Below are positions 42,611 to 54,965 of a DNA stretch of 64,000 bases, one piece after another. The stretch is from Tubiluchus corallicola. Lineage: Eukaryota; Animalia; Priapulida. The DNA is taken from assembly GCA_030141605.1 (NCBI GenBank), contig JAQGDQ010000014.1, positions 496,001 to 560,000 on the forward strand. The letters run 5' to 3'. The position numbers were made by a program, and so were the translations under genes. A model generated the notes under the pieces. The model was not told the origin of the DNA and did not search any database. It was given only the letters and a program-made list of their open reading frames with translations. Every line of letters begins with the position of its first letter. The stretch's first letter is position 1.

Positions 42611-43058
42611 TTTATATTTAATCTAAACCCGAAAGACTAGAAACTATCCAACTTAATTAATTATGGGTTTTGTTGGCTCTACCATCATTCCTGACTATTT
42701 TATCATTATTTATAAATGTCTAGTACTAGCAAGTATATCAACGATCGCCGTTTTGGGAGAAACAAACATTGTAAATGTCTCTGCGAAAATCTATTATCAA
42801 AATATTATTGATGCAGGAGTTTGGGGGAAAATTCCGCAAAACTGCTATGTATTTCCTAATAGACGCTACAAAGGCTAACATATTTTCCCCTCATGCTAAA
42901 GCTAACCGGCCATTGTGTGACCTGCCCAACGTGCAAAAAATATGCGGTGACCAGAGCAACCTTTGTTCTGCTGATCTGTACTATAAGATCCGCCATTTTA
43001 ATAATGTTCTAGGTTCTGTAAAAACAGAGTTAAAACACAGTCTCTGTTGGTTTTTCAG

Positions 43059-43241
43059 AAAATTGAACAGCCGTTCCTGAATGCCGTCAAAGAGACGTTA
43101 GGTGATCGTTACACTGAAAATATTCAGCAAATCTACGAGACAACGATTAAATTTATTCTAACAACATTAGTCGAAGGTTGCCGAACGGCCAAAACTGAGG
43201 AAAACGAGACGCCTAATGGAACAACGCAAATTGAAACTTGA
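43059..43241 (+). CDS. GbXL: globin X-like, coding exon 3
   Basis: TTTTTCAG acceptor; KIEQPFLNAVKETLGDRYTENIQQIYETTIKFILTTLVEG (G-H helices, characteristic of GbXL) then TGA; AATAAA at 43700-43705. Confidence 0.95.
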   Translation, partial: KIEQPFLNAVKETLGDRYTENIQQIYETTIKFILTTLVEGCRTAKTEENETPNGTTQIET

Positions 43242-44461
43242 TACGTGGCGCCATCCAGTGAATACAGCGCAAAACTTTTAATTTCATTAGAAGAGGGCTG
43301 AAAGCGAGGAGCATTAAAATTATGTGAAAAACATTGACTGACAATGTTATTATTAGCTTTGTAACAACAATGTGCTTTCCTGGAATTTGGAATCCCGAAA
43401 ATCGAAATTCCACAACAAAAGATTTAGACCCGTAAAAGATATCTTAACGAGAGAGCTGTTATTATCAAATATTGTCAGCAGCTACACATCTAAAGATAAT
43501 TTGTAAAATTAATAATTAATCATAGGTTATATAATGTAATACAAATATATAGAATCTGTTACATGGAAATCGTGATTATTTCCGCATTCATTGTATAATA
43601 GTCTCAAGATACTGCTTTTCTATTAGACATAAAAAATTTTCCTATTTTATTTACCTTTTCTTTTTTTCTCTGTAAGTTTAATTGACGAGTTTTTGAAAAA
43701 ATAAATTTTTATACTAGCAACGCACGATCATTACCGTCAACACCACTGTTGTCGTCATCATTAGCATTATCGCCAGCGCCACCATTACCATCACCGTTCC
43801 TCCTACGATCATTGCAATTTATACAAATATTCTACGTGTCAGAGTTTTGTGTATTTGGCCAAGAAACTGAGCAAATGGCTTGATCAAAAAAGTTTGTAAA
43901 AAATTAAAAACCATTTGTAATATCATGCAGAAGTAATCGCAAGGGTCGCAGAAAATCTAATCGTCGAAATTATTTTAGAAATCACGCGTAACTAAAATAA
44001 CAAATAAGTTTGACTTCGGTGATTAGAGTCATTAACAAACGAGAATAAGAAGCACTAGTTCCAGGTCTCTTTGTTGCTGAACCCCTCATAGGGCTCTTTT
44101 ATTAAAGAATGCCAAACTGTCAACGTGAAATGATTTTTCTGATTAGTAGAATTCCAAGCTGTCTCTGGAAGAGCAATGTTATGTTCTTTGTTTAACCAAA
44201 GTCGTCCAGTATTTCAAATAAACCCTACGGTTGCTCCTGACTCCCGATTCCTCAACTTTTCTGATATGTTTACTTTGAATCTTGGCGCTGCATGAATTTG
44301 GTTAATTCCAATTGTCGATGCATTAACTTCTGGTATATACTAATGTTGTTCCCCGCCCACCAGACCGCATTATGAAATTCGGAAATAGCCTACAAAATTT
44401 AAGGTGGAGGAATCTAAGTTGTGTAAATTTCAAAAATACTTAAGTATGTTTATGTTGTTAA

Positions 44462-44546
44462 TGCGGGTGGCCGAGTGGTTAAAGTAACGGACTGTGGGTG
44501 CTCCTCTGATTACAGCCCGAGTTCGAATCTCACGACCACCTGTTTT
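44462..44546 (+). pseudogene. tRNA-like element (tRNA pseudogene or SINE head)
   Basis: A-box TGGCCGAGTGG and B-box GAGTTCGAATC, then TTTT; acceptor, anticodon and T stems do not pair properly. Confidence 0.65.
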
Positions 44547-44643
44547 GACGCAAACAGTTGTTATCTGCATTACTTATTTGTGGCGTTTCGGTGTGTTGTG
44601 TTCGTTAGGAGTCGTTTATAGTAGCATATGACTAATGTTGTCT

Positions 44644-44790
44644 GTTGCCCCAGCGACTGTAAATAAGTGTGTTTGTTTTCAGCTTTCTGAGTTAAGGCAC
44701 AACATACCTTAGGTGTTTTATGCAACAAAGCGGTTATTACGTCAGGCTTAGCAACTGCTGAGTGCTGACATGGCAGGTCTCCATAGAAAG
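44644..44790 (+). promoter_or_regulatory. putative RFX X-box / forkhead promoter module
   Basis: GTTGCCCCAGCGAC (44644-44657) directly followed by TGTAAATAA (44658-44666); TTACGTCA (44737-44744); TAGCAAC half-site; GTCTCCATAGAAAG (44777-44790). All lie 120-270 bp upstream of a ciliary-gene ATG. Confidence 0.45.
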
Positions 44791-44911
44791 CTCGACTGAT
44801 CAAATCAAGAACCTATTTTTTTCTTTTGCCTGCTGTAACAGTCATAGTAACTTATAAAAAGCAGAAGAAAAAAGAAGTTGCGTAAAAGCGATTGTCCACG
44901 AAATTAAAAGC

Positions 44912-45328
44912 ATGGACAAAATTATAAAAGTAATTGAAAAGAAGCTTCATGAAGATATTGTTAAGCGCGATGCTATCTTTAACGAGCTGGTCTCAAAGGA
45001 AAAGCGTCTTCAAAAGATTTACACTGAATACTGTATCAATCCGTACAAGGCAGTTTACCCCCTAACTGGTAAACCCAACTCCCCCCATGATACAGCAGAC
45101 GGAGAGGAAGACACCTACTTTTTGCAGATGTATATGCGCATGCGCGTGGCGCCAAATATGAGGGCTGACTATCCGCAGACAGAAGCGCAGGAAATTGGCT
45201 GGTTCCTCCAACCATTGATAGAGCAACCGCACAAAGAGGACTTCAGGTTCAATTCACATCTTCGGAGTTCTGACATTACCAGATACTGCGCCGAAATTGC
45301 CAAATTAAAGTGTACGAGATCTGACTGA
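44912..45328 (+). CDS. FAM183: FAM183 / CFAP144-like ciliary protein, uninterrupted CDS (138 aa)
   Basis: Motifs ELVSKEKRLQKIYTEYCINP, TGKPNSPHD, YPQTEAQEIGW and SSDITRY match my recollection of the FAM183 family; the length is typical and the ORF is intact. Confidence 0.88.
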   Translation: MDKIIKVIEKKLHEDIVKRDAIFNELVSKEKRLQKIYTEYCINPYKAVYPLTGKPNSPHDTADGEEDTYFLQMYMRMRVAPNMRADYPQTEAQEIGWFLQPLIEQPHKEDFRFNSHLRSSDITRYCAEIAKLKCTRSD

Positions 45329-45333
45329 TTTCT

Positions 45334-45504
45334 TAGGCAGTGGCCTATGTAATGCAAAAAATATTTTTATATTGTCCTGGGCAACGGCTTGTGTAACTTA
45401 AAAAATATTTTTATATTGCCATAGGCAGTGGCTTGTGTAACGTAAAAAATATTTTTATATTGTCCTAGGCCTTGACTTGTGTAACGCAAAAAATATTTGA
45501 TATT
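45334..45504 (+). repeat. 44-bp minisatellite, ~4 copies
   Basis: Units start at 45334, 45378, 45422 and 45466; consensus TAGGCAGTGGCTTGTGTAACGYAAAAAATATTTTTATATTGTCC. Confidence 0.92.
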
Positions 45505-47899
45505 ATATAAAAGTGTAACAATATTGCAAATGCACATCTTTACGCTTTTGTTGAAACCAGGTGACTGCGTTTGATACATAAAAACAACTGGCCCATTCAC
45601 AATTATTGTAAACAATGTTAATAGACACACAAACTGAATACATGCAAAACCAAAATATTTATGTGTGCAAAGTAGGGCAACGTCATTTGAATTTTAGAGC
45701 TAGTGGTAACAACTGGGGCTAGGCATACGCTTTCTACTGCTCCATATTTGTAAATAGTGTTGCAATTTCAAAGAATATAAAAAATACTGTTTTTGAGAAA
45801 ACTGTGTCGAAACAATTCATTGTGAAATTCCAGTTTTTTAGAAAATGAACAACTGTAATGTTGACTAGTAATTTTTCCAATGATTTGCTTGTCTCATGTC
45901 AAAACTGCTATCTCAGCTTCTTATTCAAATTTAGTAAACCCTTGTTGTCGGTGGTATGTAATTATTATTAAGAGATTGTGTTCTAATTAAGAGTATAATA
46001 ATAGACGTGTTGGCAGCAAACTAAAGACAACGTTGGAGTTTACTTTTTTGTTTTCGCTGAAATTGTCCCAGAAATAGCGCTTGGATTAAAGTTCTAAACA
46101 AAAAATAAGTGTGAACGATCTCTTCTTTAGTCTATGTAGGTTATTTTCGTAATAATATGAAGGCTAACTTTTCAATATCTTTCGTTCGCGATAAATTCTA
46201 CACAATTTTCACAACTATGTAGACACAATGAAAGATAAGAGGGTCCATATAACTTGCACCAATACAGGATTGCTATTTAAAGTTGAATAGACTTCTTATT
46301 AAATTTAAAAGCATCTGAGTACTTTCATATTTGTCGGTCTTACGTAACAGAGCTACGTACTTCTGAAGTATATACAATTCAATTTAGAACCCACCCGGAT
46401 TCTGGCAAACAAAACTGATAACATAGACAATTACAGTCTACATATATACAATCCTGGGTATTTTTAGCGATATGGGGATCACGTGATCAAATTCTATTGT
46501 AGAAAGTGTCGTTAATGCGCTAACCAATTGTCATTGTGTGCAAGTAAGTGTGTATATATTTTAGGCTCTACATATAATTCAAACATCATAATACATTTTT
46601 GCTGGAATGAAATAACTTGATTTTTGTTATTTCATACCCGAGTTAGTGTTGTTTCGCCGTTTGTAAAAGTGTCTGATAATACGGAACTCGCAGCACGCGT
46701 TATAATAATGAGCACAGAATGTAATTGGCTTCCTTTGCAAAATGCAAGCAACTTTTTCAGTCCTCCAGTATATCAAACAGGTTAGTTACGAGAGAAGCTT
46801 GCTGCGCTGGTAAACTGGCTTAATTTAGTCTAGAAGTTGGTACTACTCTGACGTCATCATACGTCATTGTCAATTTGTATCATTGCATTTGACCTTCAAA
46901 AGTTTATCCTATTTACAAAAATTGTGGAATGTATACATCTTTTCTAGGTAGTCCACTACAAATTACAGAATACGTCAAATGTTTTCACGTGTTCTTAAAA
47001 TGTCACCATTTTTCTTTAGCCTATGAGAATCTTTACCAGAAAACCGTTTCTCTGTAATTTTGTCTACAGTCTTAAAGGAATCAACAATAACATTTACAAG
47101 GTTCCACCACTAGCAAAATAATTGCTAGAATTCTGCTTTTCTGTTATTTATATTTACACCTTTGAGTGGCCATCATGGGAAGGCAAAATTAATTACGATC
47201 TTTTTTCCTGTGACTTTATTACCGGTCACCGGCCCCTGTATGGCAACACCATTCAATTTTATCAACAGGTTAATTTTAGGTTCCATAGTCGAGAGAGGCA
47301 CCTCAAACGAGTAAATGTCAACGGCAAACGGCAACCATTGGCATTTCGCAATGGCAGCCATTTGGTACCTCCACAGAGCACGCGTCTTTTCGTCATGGTA
47401 ATCATTTGCTGACCTCTACCGAGGGTATGTCATTTCTTAGTAGTATTAATTTGGTATTACCACAGTATTAACTAGCAAGAAATTGTCTTAACATAGGACT
47501 TTGTTTATGTACAACAGTTAAACATGAGGTTTAACGATCACAGAAGTCTTCTAAGGAAAGTTTTAAAGATAAGATGGCCATTCATAATCAAAAATAAAGA
47601 TTTATAAAGTGGAACAAAAGCAATTCCTTGGAGTTCAAAAGTCAAGATCCGAAGATTAAGATAACCAGGAAATTTTCAAAGATTAAAAGGTTAAGCACCG
47701 GTAAGAATCACCTTAAGAGAAGCCCTAAAACCTTGCAAAAAATAAAGATAAATAAAGATGTTCAACAACTTCAACCAAATCTATCTTTAGGGGTAAAAAG
47801 TTACGCTGTTAGTTACAAATAGGAATGAGTGGAATGCTCTAATAAATATTAATGCCTTAATGTCATTTACCCAAATTAAATTAAAATGGCTGATTTTTT

Positions 47900-47970
47900 T
47901 GTGCTTTTCTGGGACTCGAACTCAGGACGTCGTTCTGCTCTCTGTACAGCTATATTAACCACTATACCAG
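47900..47970 (-). mobile_element. degenerate tRNA-derived SINE head
   Basis: Minus-strand A-box TGGTATAGTGG and B-box GAGTTCGAGTCC. Confidence 0.5.
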
Positions 47971-50832
47971 ATTACTCTGACTTTATCTGCCTTTTCAAGC
48001 CTAGAAATTTACGCTGTAAAGTAGTGTAGGCCTATCAGATGGGAATCATAGTCGGTACTGTATCAAGACAGTATGAAATCAATTATGCAAATGTAAGACA
48101 GCCGAGGTCATTTAATAATATCTTGTAAACTTGCCATACTCTTTCTTCCAAGTATTTCTGCATTAAAATGCTGTCAATGAAGCGTTATCTAATTTTTCTT
48201 ATTATATGGGAGCAAGTTTTAAAGTATGAAAATGTCAACACAGTCACTTTGGCAATGCCCAACTCTAAGGTAGCAAACTGAACACGCGCCATTAATAGTA
48301 ACAATCTTTCCTCAAAATAGTCTGTTAATTCCGCATGGGTAAGTTTCGTGCAAGAAATCCGAAATGACTTTAAAACCTTACGCTGCTTTTTCGCTCCTTG
48401 AAGCAAATTCCTTAAAGAAGTTCCTCAACACTACTTGTAACTTCTTGCCAGGCGCACAAGAAAAACCCACACACCATTCATTGCGTGTTGTGGTGTTTTT
48501 TATGTGAAAATATTTTCAGCAGCAAGTCAATACGATATCATGCCAAATGATAACGACTAGAAAATAAAATATTCAAGATGATTCAGAAGCAAACAAGTGC
48601 ACCGATTTTCATGACAAATTTAAGTTTTTGTAGACATAAATGCTTCCGTGCGTTCTTCTTGGTCAATGTATAATAATCATTTTAGGCACCTACCTTTTAT
48701 GCCGTACTGAAAATGCACTACGAAAAGACCAAAACTTAAAATAAAGTCGAAAACTACGATAATATTTTTGTTTTAGGTAATATTCAAAAAATTGATTTTC
48801 AAAATCAAATGTATTATTTATAGCTTAAAACTACTTTTTTAATTAGTATGGCGAATGACAAAAAGATACATGTTTTTTCAGGTCGATAACGACTAGCATT
48901 TGATTAAAGTGCACAAAGCATTACTAAACTGACAGGGCTTATCACAGCTTGAAATGTCAACTTACAAACTAATAACTGTTGACGTTTCATTATAATACTT
49001 TTATATTAAAAAACACACGCAGGTTTCATGGTTCACGCTAGCCTTGCTGACAAGCAGAATAATATTAAGTAGTACTTGAAAGGAGACGGAAGTGTATTAT
49101 GGTGGCGTTACTGCTGGTTCTGATGACGATAGATAAGAGATGGCGCTACTGTTAGTTCTAATGACGATAGCTAAGAGCAAGACGAACATGACAACTCAGT
49201 GACAATGCCGCATCGATACGTTTGAAAATGATTGCTTAACACTATAACATGCACAGTACATAATTATTTAAATATTAAAATTAGCCTACAGCCTAAGTTA
49301 TTTAATAATGTTCGTAAGAGGACAACGTAAACTTTATTTGCTCAAAATAACTATACGTTGACTTTTGTGTGCTTAGTTCAAGACATCATGAATTGGCCAA
49401 TCATCCGGTGATATTTTGTAAAAAATGTTGCCAGCCTAGGCTATAATAACTGACGCGATCTACAAATTATAGGCAACCGTGTAAAAGTTAATTACAATTT
49501 GCGCACAATCAACGTGTACAATAATTACATAAACATTGAATGCACACTCGAAATTGCAGGAAACTACCCCGTGATTTGAACTTTTTGCTATTGAGATTGT
49601 TACTTGACACGTATGGATTCAGAAAGAATTGCTGCAAGATAAGTTGAACTTAACTTTGAAATTGAACCTACAAAGTGATTTTGCAAGGAATTAGGTTTAT
49701 TTTCAAACAAAACTGACTACGCAGTTACAAGACTTGAATAATAATATAATAATTTTATCATTATTAAATATAATAATATTAAATATTATTATTAAATGTA
49801 ATATATCTCAATAATTACTTTAATGAGATATACAAGTGGATTAAGATTTGTGTAAGTCGAAGGTTGGCGCCTAGTCTGGAACTTTCCACACTTTACAACA
49901 AATGTGCACGATGATGTTTTGTTAAAAATACAAACACATTTTATTGAACCATCAGAGACATTGTAAAAGCAGGCACTAATAAAACGTGACATTAAGAACA
50001 TGAAGTTGGAGCGCCATCTACATGAATTGAAGCACAAAGCACATATTTGTAGCGCCTAACCTGTCCAGTTACATCAATGACATCATTTACACCAACAACA
50101 CTGAGATGGCTACACGAATTTACCCTGAGCTTAATGGAGAGTTGAGCAAAGTAAAATTTATTTTTTGCATAATAAAGCGAGCATGTTTGCTTATAAATTA
50201 CGGTTTTATAAAGATTCTTAACAGTACGTTTTACTTTCTTCGCAAAATACGTAACGAAACAGTCTTTTCATGTGTACAGCGATATGATTTCAGACTGAGA
50301 AAGACTAAAACTACATGTGCACGTGATGCATGCACCGTTTCACGTCATACATATGAGAGCTTTAACAACAATAATAGTTTAGTAAATACTCAGGTGCTAT
50401 TTTCATCATCGAGTACCTTGAGAAAGTTCACGTTTCACATTCAAGTTTCTATTCTGAGTCTTAGCCTTTGTTAGTTCTTATCCACGTGTTTAATTCAAGC
50501 TCGTGTATTTTCTAGCCATCTGTCGTTTAGTTCAACGAAGCATTCAACACGTCAACAGAATTTTATACGTAGTCAACTTCGGTTAGCCTGTATGGTGGCC
50601 ATTGATTAATAGTTCCAAGGAAGTGAATGTCTGCTATTTCATAGATAATAAACAGCCAGCTCACGATCGCTGCTCACACATGTAAATTATCAAGATACGT
50701 GACTTCTGGCTTAATATTTCGCAGATAGAGCTCTAGTTGTTTTCAAACTTTGTGCTGTGGTACGAATGGCTTGAATATAAGAACATTGACACTACTTCAA
50801 TGTTTTTATTGGAAGATAATCATCAACGCTAT

Positions 50833-51128
50833 TTTAAATGTAGCGTCTGGAATGCGTTAGGCGTTATGCGAACGCAGGTCAGATAATCGGGTGCATTGAA
50901 AACAATATAAACCGATTTTACCTATTCAGCACCCGCATCCTGCATTCGCATTGCGTTATGCGTTATCCACTTGCAGAATAGCTGGGAATAAAAAATAATT
51001 AGGAAAAGGCTGCAGAAAAATAACGCATAACGCAAAACGGGTGCATTGAAAGCATTATAAACCGATTTTATCTATTTCGCACCCCCATAACGCATACGCA
51101 TTACGGGTGCTACATAAACGCCACTTTA
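50833..51128. mobile_element. MITE, copy 2 (GCGTTATGCGTTA family) with internal duplication
   Basis: Reverse-complement match to 14879-15090; the CGGGTGCATTGAAA..TATAAACCGATTTT block occurs twice; ends TAAACGCCACTTTA. Confidence 0.75.
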
Positions 51129-51846
51129 TGTGAGTCATACGTTTGCAGTTTTGAAATTGGCAGTATTTTTCTTATACAAGGCTGTGGTAAGACAAATGCT
51201 TTTTTCTTTTAAAACTACCTTTAAAATGAAATACAGCAAACGCTGACAAAAGTAATACTCTTTAACATTTCATATTATAAAGCAGGACTCGGTATTTTAC
51301 TTATTTACAGCCTCCACTTTCAGAGTGATCAATGGTAATTTATAACAACTACAGTTCTGTGCATATGCTAAGATCACAAGTGTCTATACTGAAAAAACGA
51401 AACACTTTTGCAAAGTGTCTATACAGTGTATGTGAAATGGATTAGCTTTCTTATATCATTTTGATTCATGTTTTTGATTAAAATCTGGTTTAAACTTTAG
51501 AACTCAATTATAAGTGAGAGATATGTATCTTAGTTTAGCATATAAATTGAAAAGAGTACAGTCGTGTTATACAAAAATCATTTACACTAGTATCTAGTCA
51601 CACATGGGACCATTTTGAAATCTCAGTACTTTCAGGAATTGGTGTTGTCTGCTTGTCTCTGGCTCACAAACATCGCTTCAAGTTTTTTATGTGGCTGGGG
51701 AAAATTCTCCGTGACAAAAACTTTGTTAAATGTCTTTGACTGCGTCAGTTTCTTCAAAGTGTACGCACAGTCTTCTTTATCAATATCAACTTCCGGAAAT
51801 CATCACGACGTTTCGTTGTATTCTCTGCACATATACACTCCATAAT

Positions 51847-52050
51847 TCAGGACTTTGGGCTACCCTGTTTGCTACCTCTAGGCGATTGTCCCTTCTTGTC
51901 TACGGTTAACTGCTGCTCCATGCCATTTTTCATATGAAAGCTGATGAGAGAAAATAGTTTCTTCCAGGCAGACTCAATCTCACTTGTCCAAGGCACGTCG
52001 TTGTCTTGTAGTATTGGTATTATGCTGATGATAAATTGAGAACCCAGTAA
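51847..52050 (-). CDS. GbX: globin X, last coding exon (absent from the ORF track)
   Basis: Minus-strand acceptor CTTTCTATCTGTTGTAG, phase 0; LLGSQFIISIIPILQDNDVPWTSEIESAWKKLFSLISFHMKNGMEQQLTVDKKGQSPRGSKQGSPKS* gives the globin G and H helices (WT..AW..LF). Confidence 0.92.
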   Translation of the reverse strand, partial: LLGSQFIISIIPILQDNDVPWTSEIESAWKKLFSLISFHMKNGMEQQLTVDKKGQSPRGSKQGSPKS

Positions 52051-52187
52051 CTACAACAGATAGAAAGAACTTAATATTTAAGGTTGCTTGATTAGTTACG
52101 TATTTGCGAGTATTGCATTTGCTTATAGGTGGGTCAAGATAGCTCTTAGTTAGGAGGACAACCTAACTAACTAACTAACTAGGAGGG

Positions 52188-52440
52188 TACCTAGGACAAA
52201 TTACAATAGAATTTTTCTCTTCAGATTCTGATAGAATGTGGTTTCAGGTACCCGCAACAAAAAATAGACCAAAATCGGCGTAGGTACTTTGGTTTAGGAG
52301 ATACACCTAATTTTTTGCCCCAGTAGGGGCAATCTTGGATTTAAGCAGATACTTGGCCGATTTTTTTGTTGATTGCACTTGAGACCACATTCTAACAGAA
52401 TCTGCAAAGAAAAATTGGATTGTAATTTGTTCTAGGTCGT
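52188..52440. mobile_element. foldback MITE with long TIRs
   Basis: ACCTAGGACAAATTACAATAGAATTTTTCTCTTCAGATTCTGATAGAATGTGGTTTCA is inverted as TGAGACCACATTCTAACAGAATCTGCAAAGAAAAATTGGATTGTAATTTGTTCTAGGT. Confidence 0.75.
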
Positions 52441-53154
52441 TGGTTATCTTTACCCCCCCCCCATTAAAGGCATAATATTAAATGACAAATGTTAGGTTGA
52501 CTGAGATATCTCGACATCTGACATTGCAATGTCGAAAATGCAATCTATTTATTTTTTAATGAAACGCACAATTAGCCATAAATATACATAGATAGATATG
52601 TAGATCGTTTTTCACGCACACATGGTTAAATGCAATAATTACAAGAAAACGTACAAGGACTAAGAATAACAAGCAAAATGTGAGAGCAACATACGACCAT
52701 GGCCTTTACACGTTGCCCTTATTTTAAAGATTAGTGAATTTACGCTGGACCATGTGAAAAACGTTGTATTATCTCACCAAAAATGCACGTTAGTCAGAAA
52801 AGTGCACTTTATTTACGAATTAATAGTGCGTGTAACGAAAACATTAACCACACTGAATTTTACATGAGCTCTTACATGCATTCCACCTACGCGCTCCGTA
52901 CTACAAAGTGCACTTAATTAATACTTAATTAATTACAGTGTTGGTGTGGGCACGTATGTCAGTAGTTGTAGTTGCTTTACGTAATTGACGTCAACCATAT
53001 TGGTCTACCGCTCCGCCTCCGCTTTGACGTAACCACGCTCAGCGGCATTCAGGACAACAGCTCACGCTGGACAACAACTATCTAAACTAAACTAAACTAA
53101 TCAGTTTTCCACCGACCACACATCTAATTTATACCCTTTCTGGACATTGGCTAA

Positions 53155-53270
<116 letters not shown>

Positions 53271-53289
53271 GCTTTATCATTGAATGTAC

Positions 53290-53730
53290 GATTAACATAA
53301 GCTGAAAGAACTTTGCCGACTGTAATAATTTTACAACTATATAACAGAGGCTATTATTACAATATCTTTACCCTAATTAACACTTTACAGTCTTTGTTAT
53401 TACCCGGCGGCAGAATCGAACTCATGATCTATAGGACAGAAAGCGCGGACGCGTTACCATTATACTATAATAAGAATGAAAACCTTTATTTAAAGTCAGG
53501 TTTAAATTCAATAGACAACACAAGCCTTCCATGAGGCTTTTGAGGCCGACTGTAAACAACAAGTTACAACTATATAACAAAGATCATTGCTACCCAACAT
53601 TTACCCCAAATATCACAAAAACGTAGGACAACAGTTCGTACCATTTTTAAAGTCTTTGGTGTGACCCGGCCATAATATCGAACTCACGACCAAGCGGACG
53701 GAAAACGGACGCGTTACAACTATACTATAC
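53290..53730 (-). mobile_element. two tandem tRNA-derived SINE copies
   Basis: Repeated minus-strand head TAGTATARTKGTAACGCGTCCG...GAGTTCGAT at 53400-53467 and 53663-53728; the core CACCAAAGACTTTAAAAATGGTAC is also seen on + at ~62530-62555. Confidence 0.7.
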
Positions 53731-54524
53731 CGTCTTATCGAATGGAATGTCATCACAGATGCTGCATAGTTGTTAAATAAGTGTTTACCGTTTGTTAGGA
53801 AAGTTTTAAAATTATTTAACCAATTAATGTGCAGATGATAATGAAAAGTACATCTATAGACGTAATTTTTTTCAATAAACAACAAAACTGTAAAAAGTTA
53901 GAGGCCAGCTGTTGAAATGGCGACGTACTCTTTTGTCACCAAACAATAACTTTCGCTGCGTTTCGTTAAATGCATTTCTTATTGCGCGAAGCATGACAAA
54001 TGACTGACATTAAAAAGCGATTAGGGTTATTGAAGGCCCAGTTTGGTTGTTTAATGTTACAACAGACTGGTTATTATCGCTGCAAACTAAAAAAAAACAA
54101 AATGCACAGTCAGTCAGTTAGTCACAGTCAGACAATCACTCGGTCATTCAGTTAGCTGGTTGTTGGCCAATTATTCGGTCAATCGACAGTGTATTATTGG
54201 TCGGTCAGTTGGTCTATCAATGAATTTGACGGTCCATCAGCCGGCTTCAAGTTTGACGTACTGCCCTACATATATCCAGATAACGTAACTGTAACTTGGC
54301 CAAAGAGCCCGATCTAATGAAAGTGTAATGACGATTCCCCTACTATTTAATGAATAAGGTACTTATTATGGCCGTATAGGAAATTTAATAATCTGTCTAG
54401 AGTGAATTGCGCTTAATCTTGTAGCACTCGTGAGACAGTACATGCACAGTGTCACGGATGCAAGTCTCATAATCGTATTCTTAGGTGCAGGTATCGAACT
54501 CCGAGGTATATCGTGTAGGCACTT

Positions 54525-54965
54525 GAAGTAAGGGGCATTGAGACTGTGGCTACACAAGCAGTGTGTTTCAAAGTATTGGGCATTGAAGTAGTGAACACCA
54601 AAGTAGTGAGCACCGAATTAGTGGGCACTGAAGTAGTGGGTACCGAAGTGTTGGACACAGAAGTAGTGGACATTGAAGTAGTGGGTACTGAAGTATGGGG
54701 TATCAAAGCGTAGGCATCGAAGTAGTGGGTATGGATGTTGTCGGCAACGAAGAAGGGGTGTGAACTAGTAGACACCGAAGTTACTGTAGTGGGCATTGAC
54801 GCAGAGGACATCGAAGTACTGCGAACTGAAGTATAGAATTTCAATGCATGGGTAACGGAGTAATGGGTATGGAGGTTGCGGGCAATGAAGTAGGGGTACA
54901 GAAGTAGCGGGTACTGAGCTTACTGTAATTGGTGCCAAAGCAGTGAATATCGATGAGCACCAAAG
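54525..54965. repeat. degenerate 15-bp minisatellite (GAAGTAGTGGGCACT)n
   Basis: GAAGTAGTG recurs with a 15-nt period; it produces PTTSV-type ORFs on the minus strand. Confidence 0.85.

Noticed and set aside
44462-44546. Functional tRNA gene (GTG could be read as a His anticodon)
   Set aside because: Acceptor, anticodon and T stems do not pair; only the A and B boxes survive.
45334-45504. CRISPR-like array
   Set aside because: Head-to-tail repeats without unique spacers, a eukaryotic context and no cas genes.
49103-49178. Short local tandem duplications (38 bp here; also ~6980-7040, 24763-24965, 60121-60162)
   Set aside because: Ordinary slippage-type duplications with no further structure.
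51632-51799. 55-codon open stretch downstream of the GbX stop (FPEVDIDKEDCAYTLKK...)
   Set aside because: Different frame from GbX, no start codon at its 5' end or clear acceptor, and a length within the chance range seen in this window; treated as 3'UTR.
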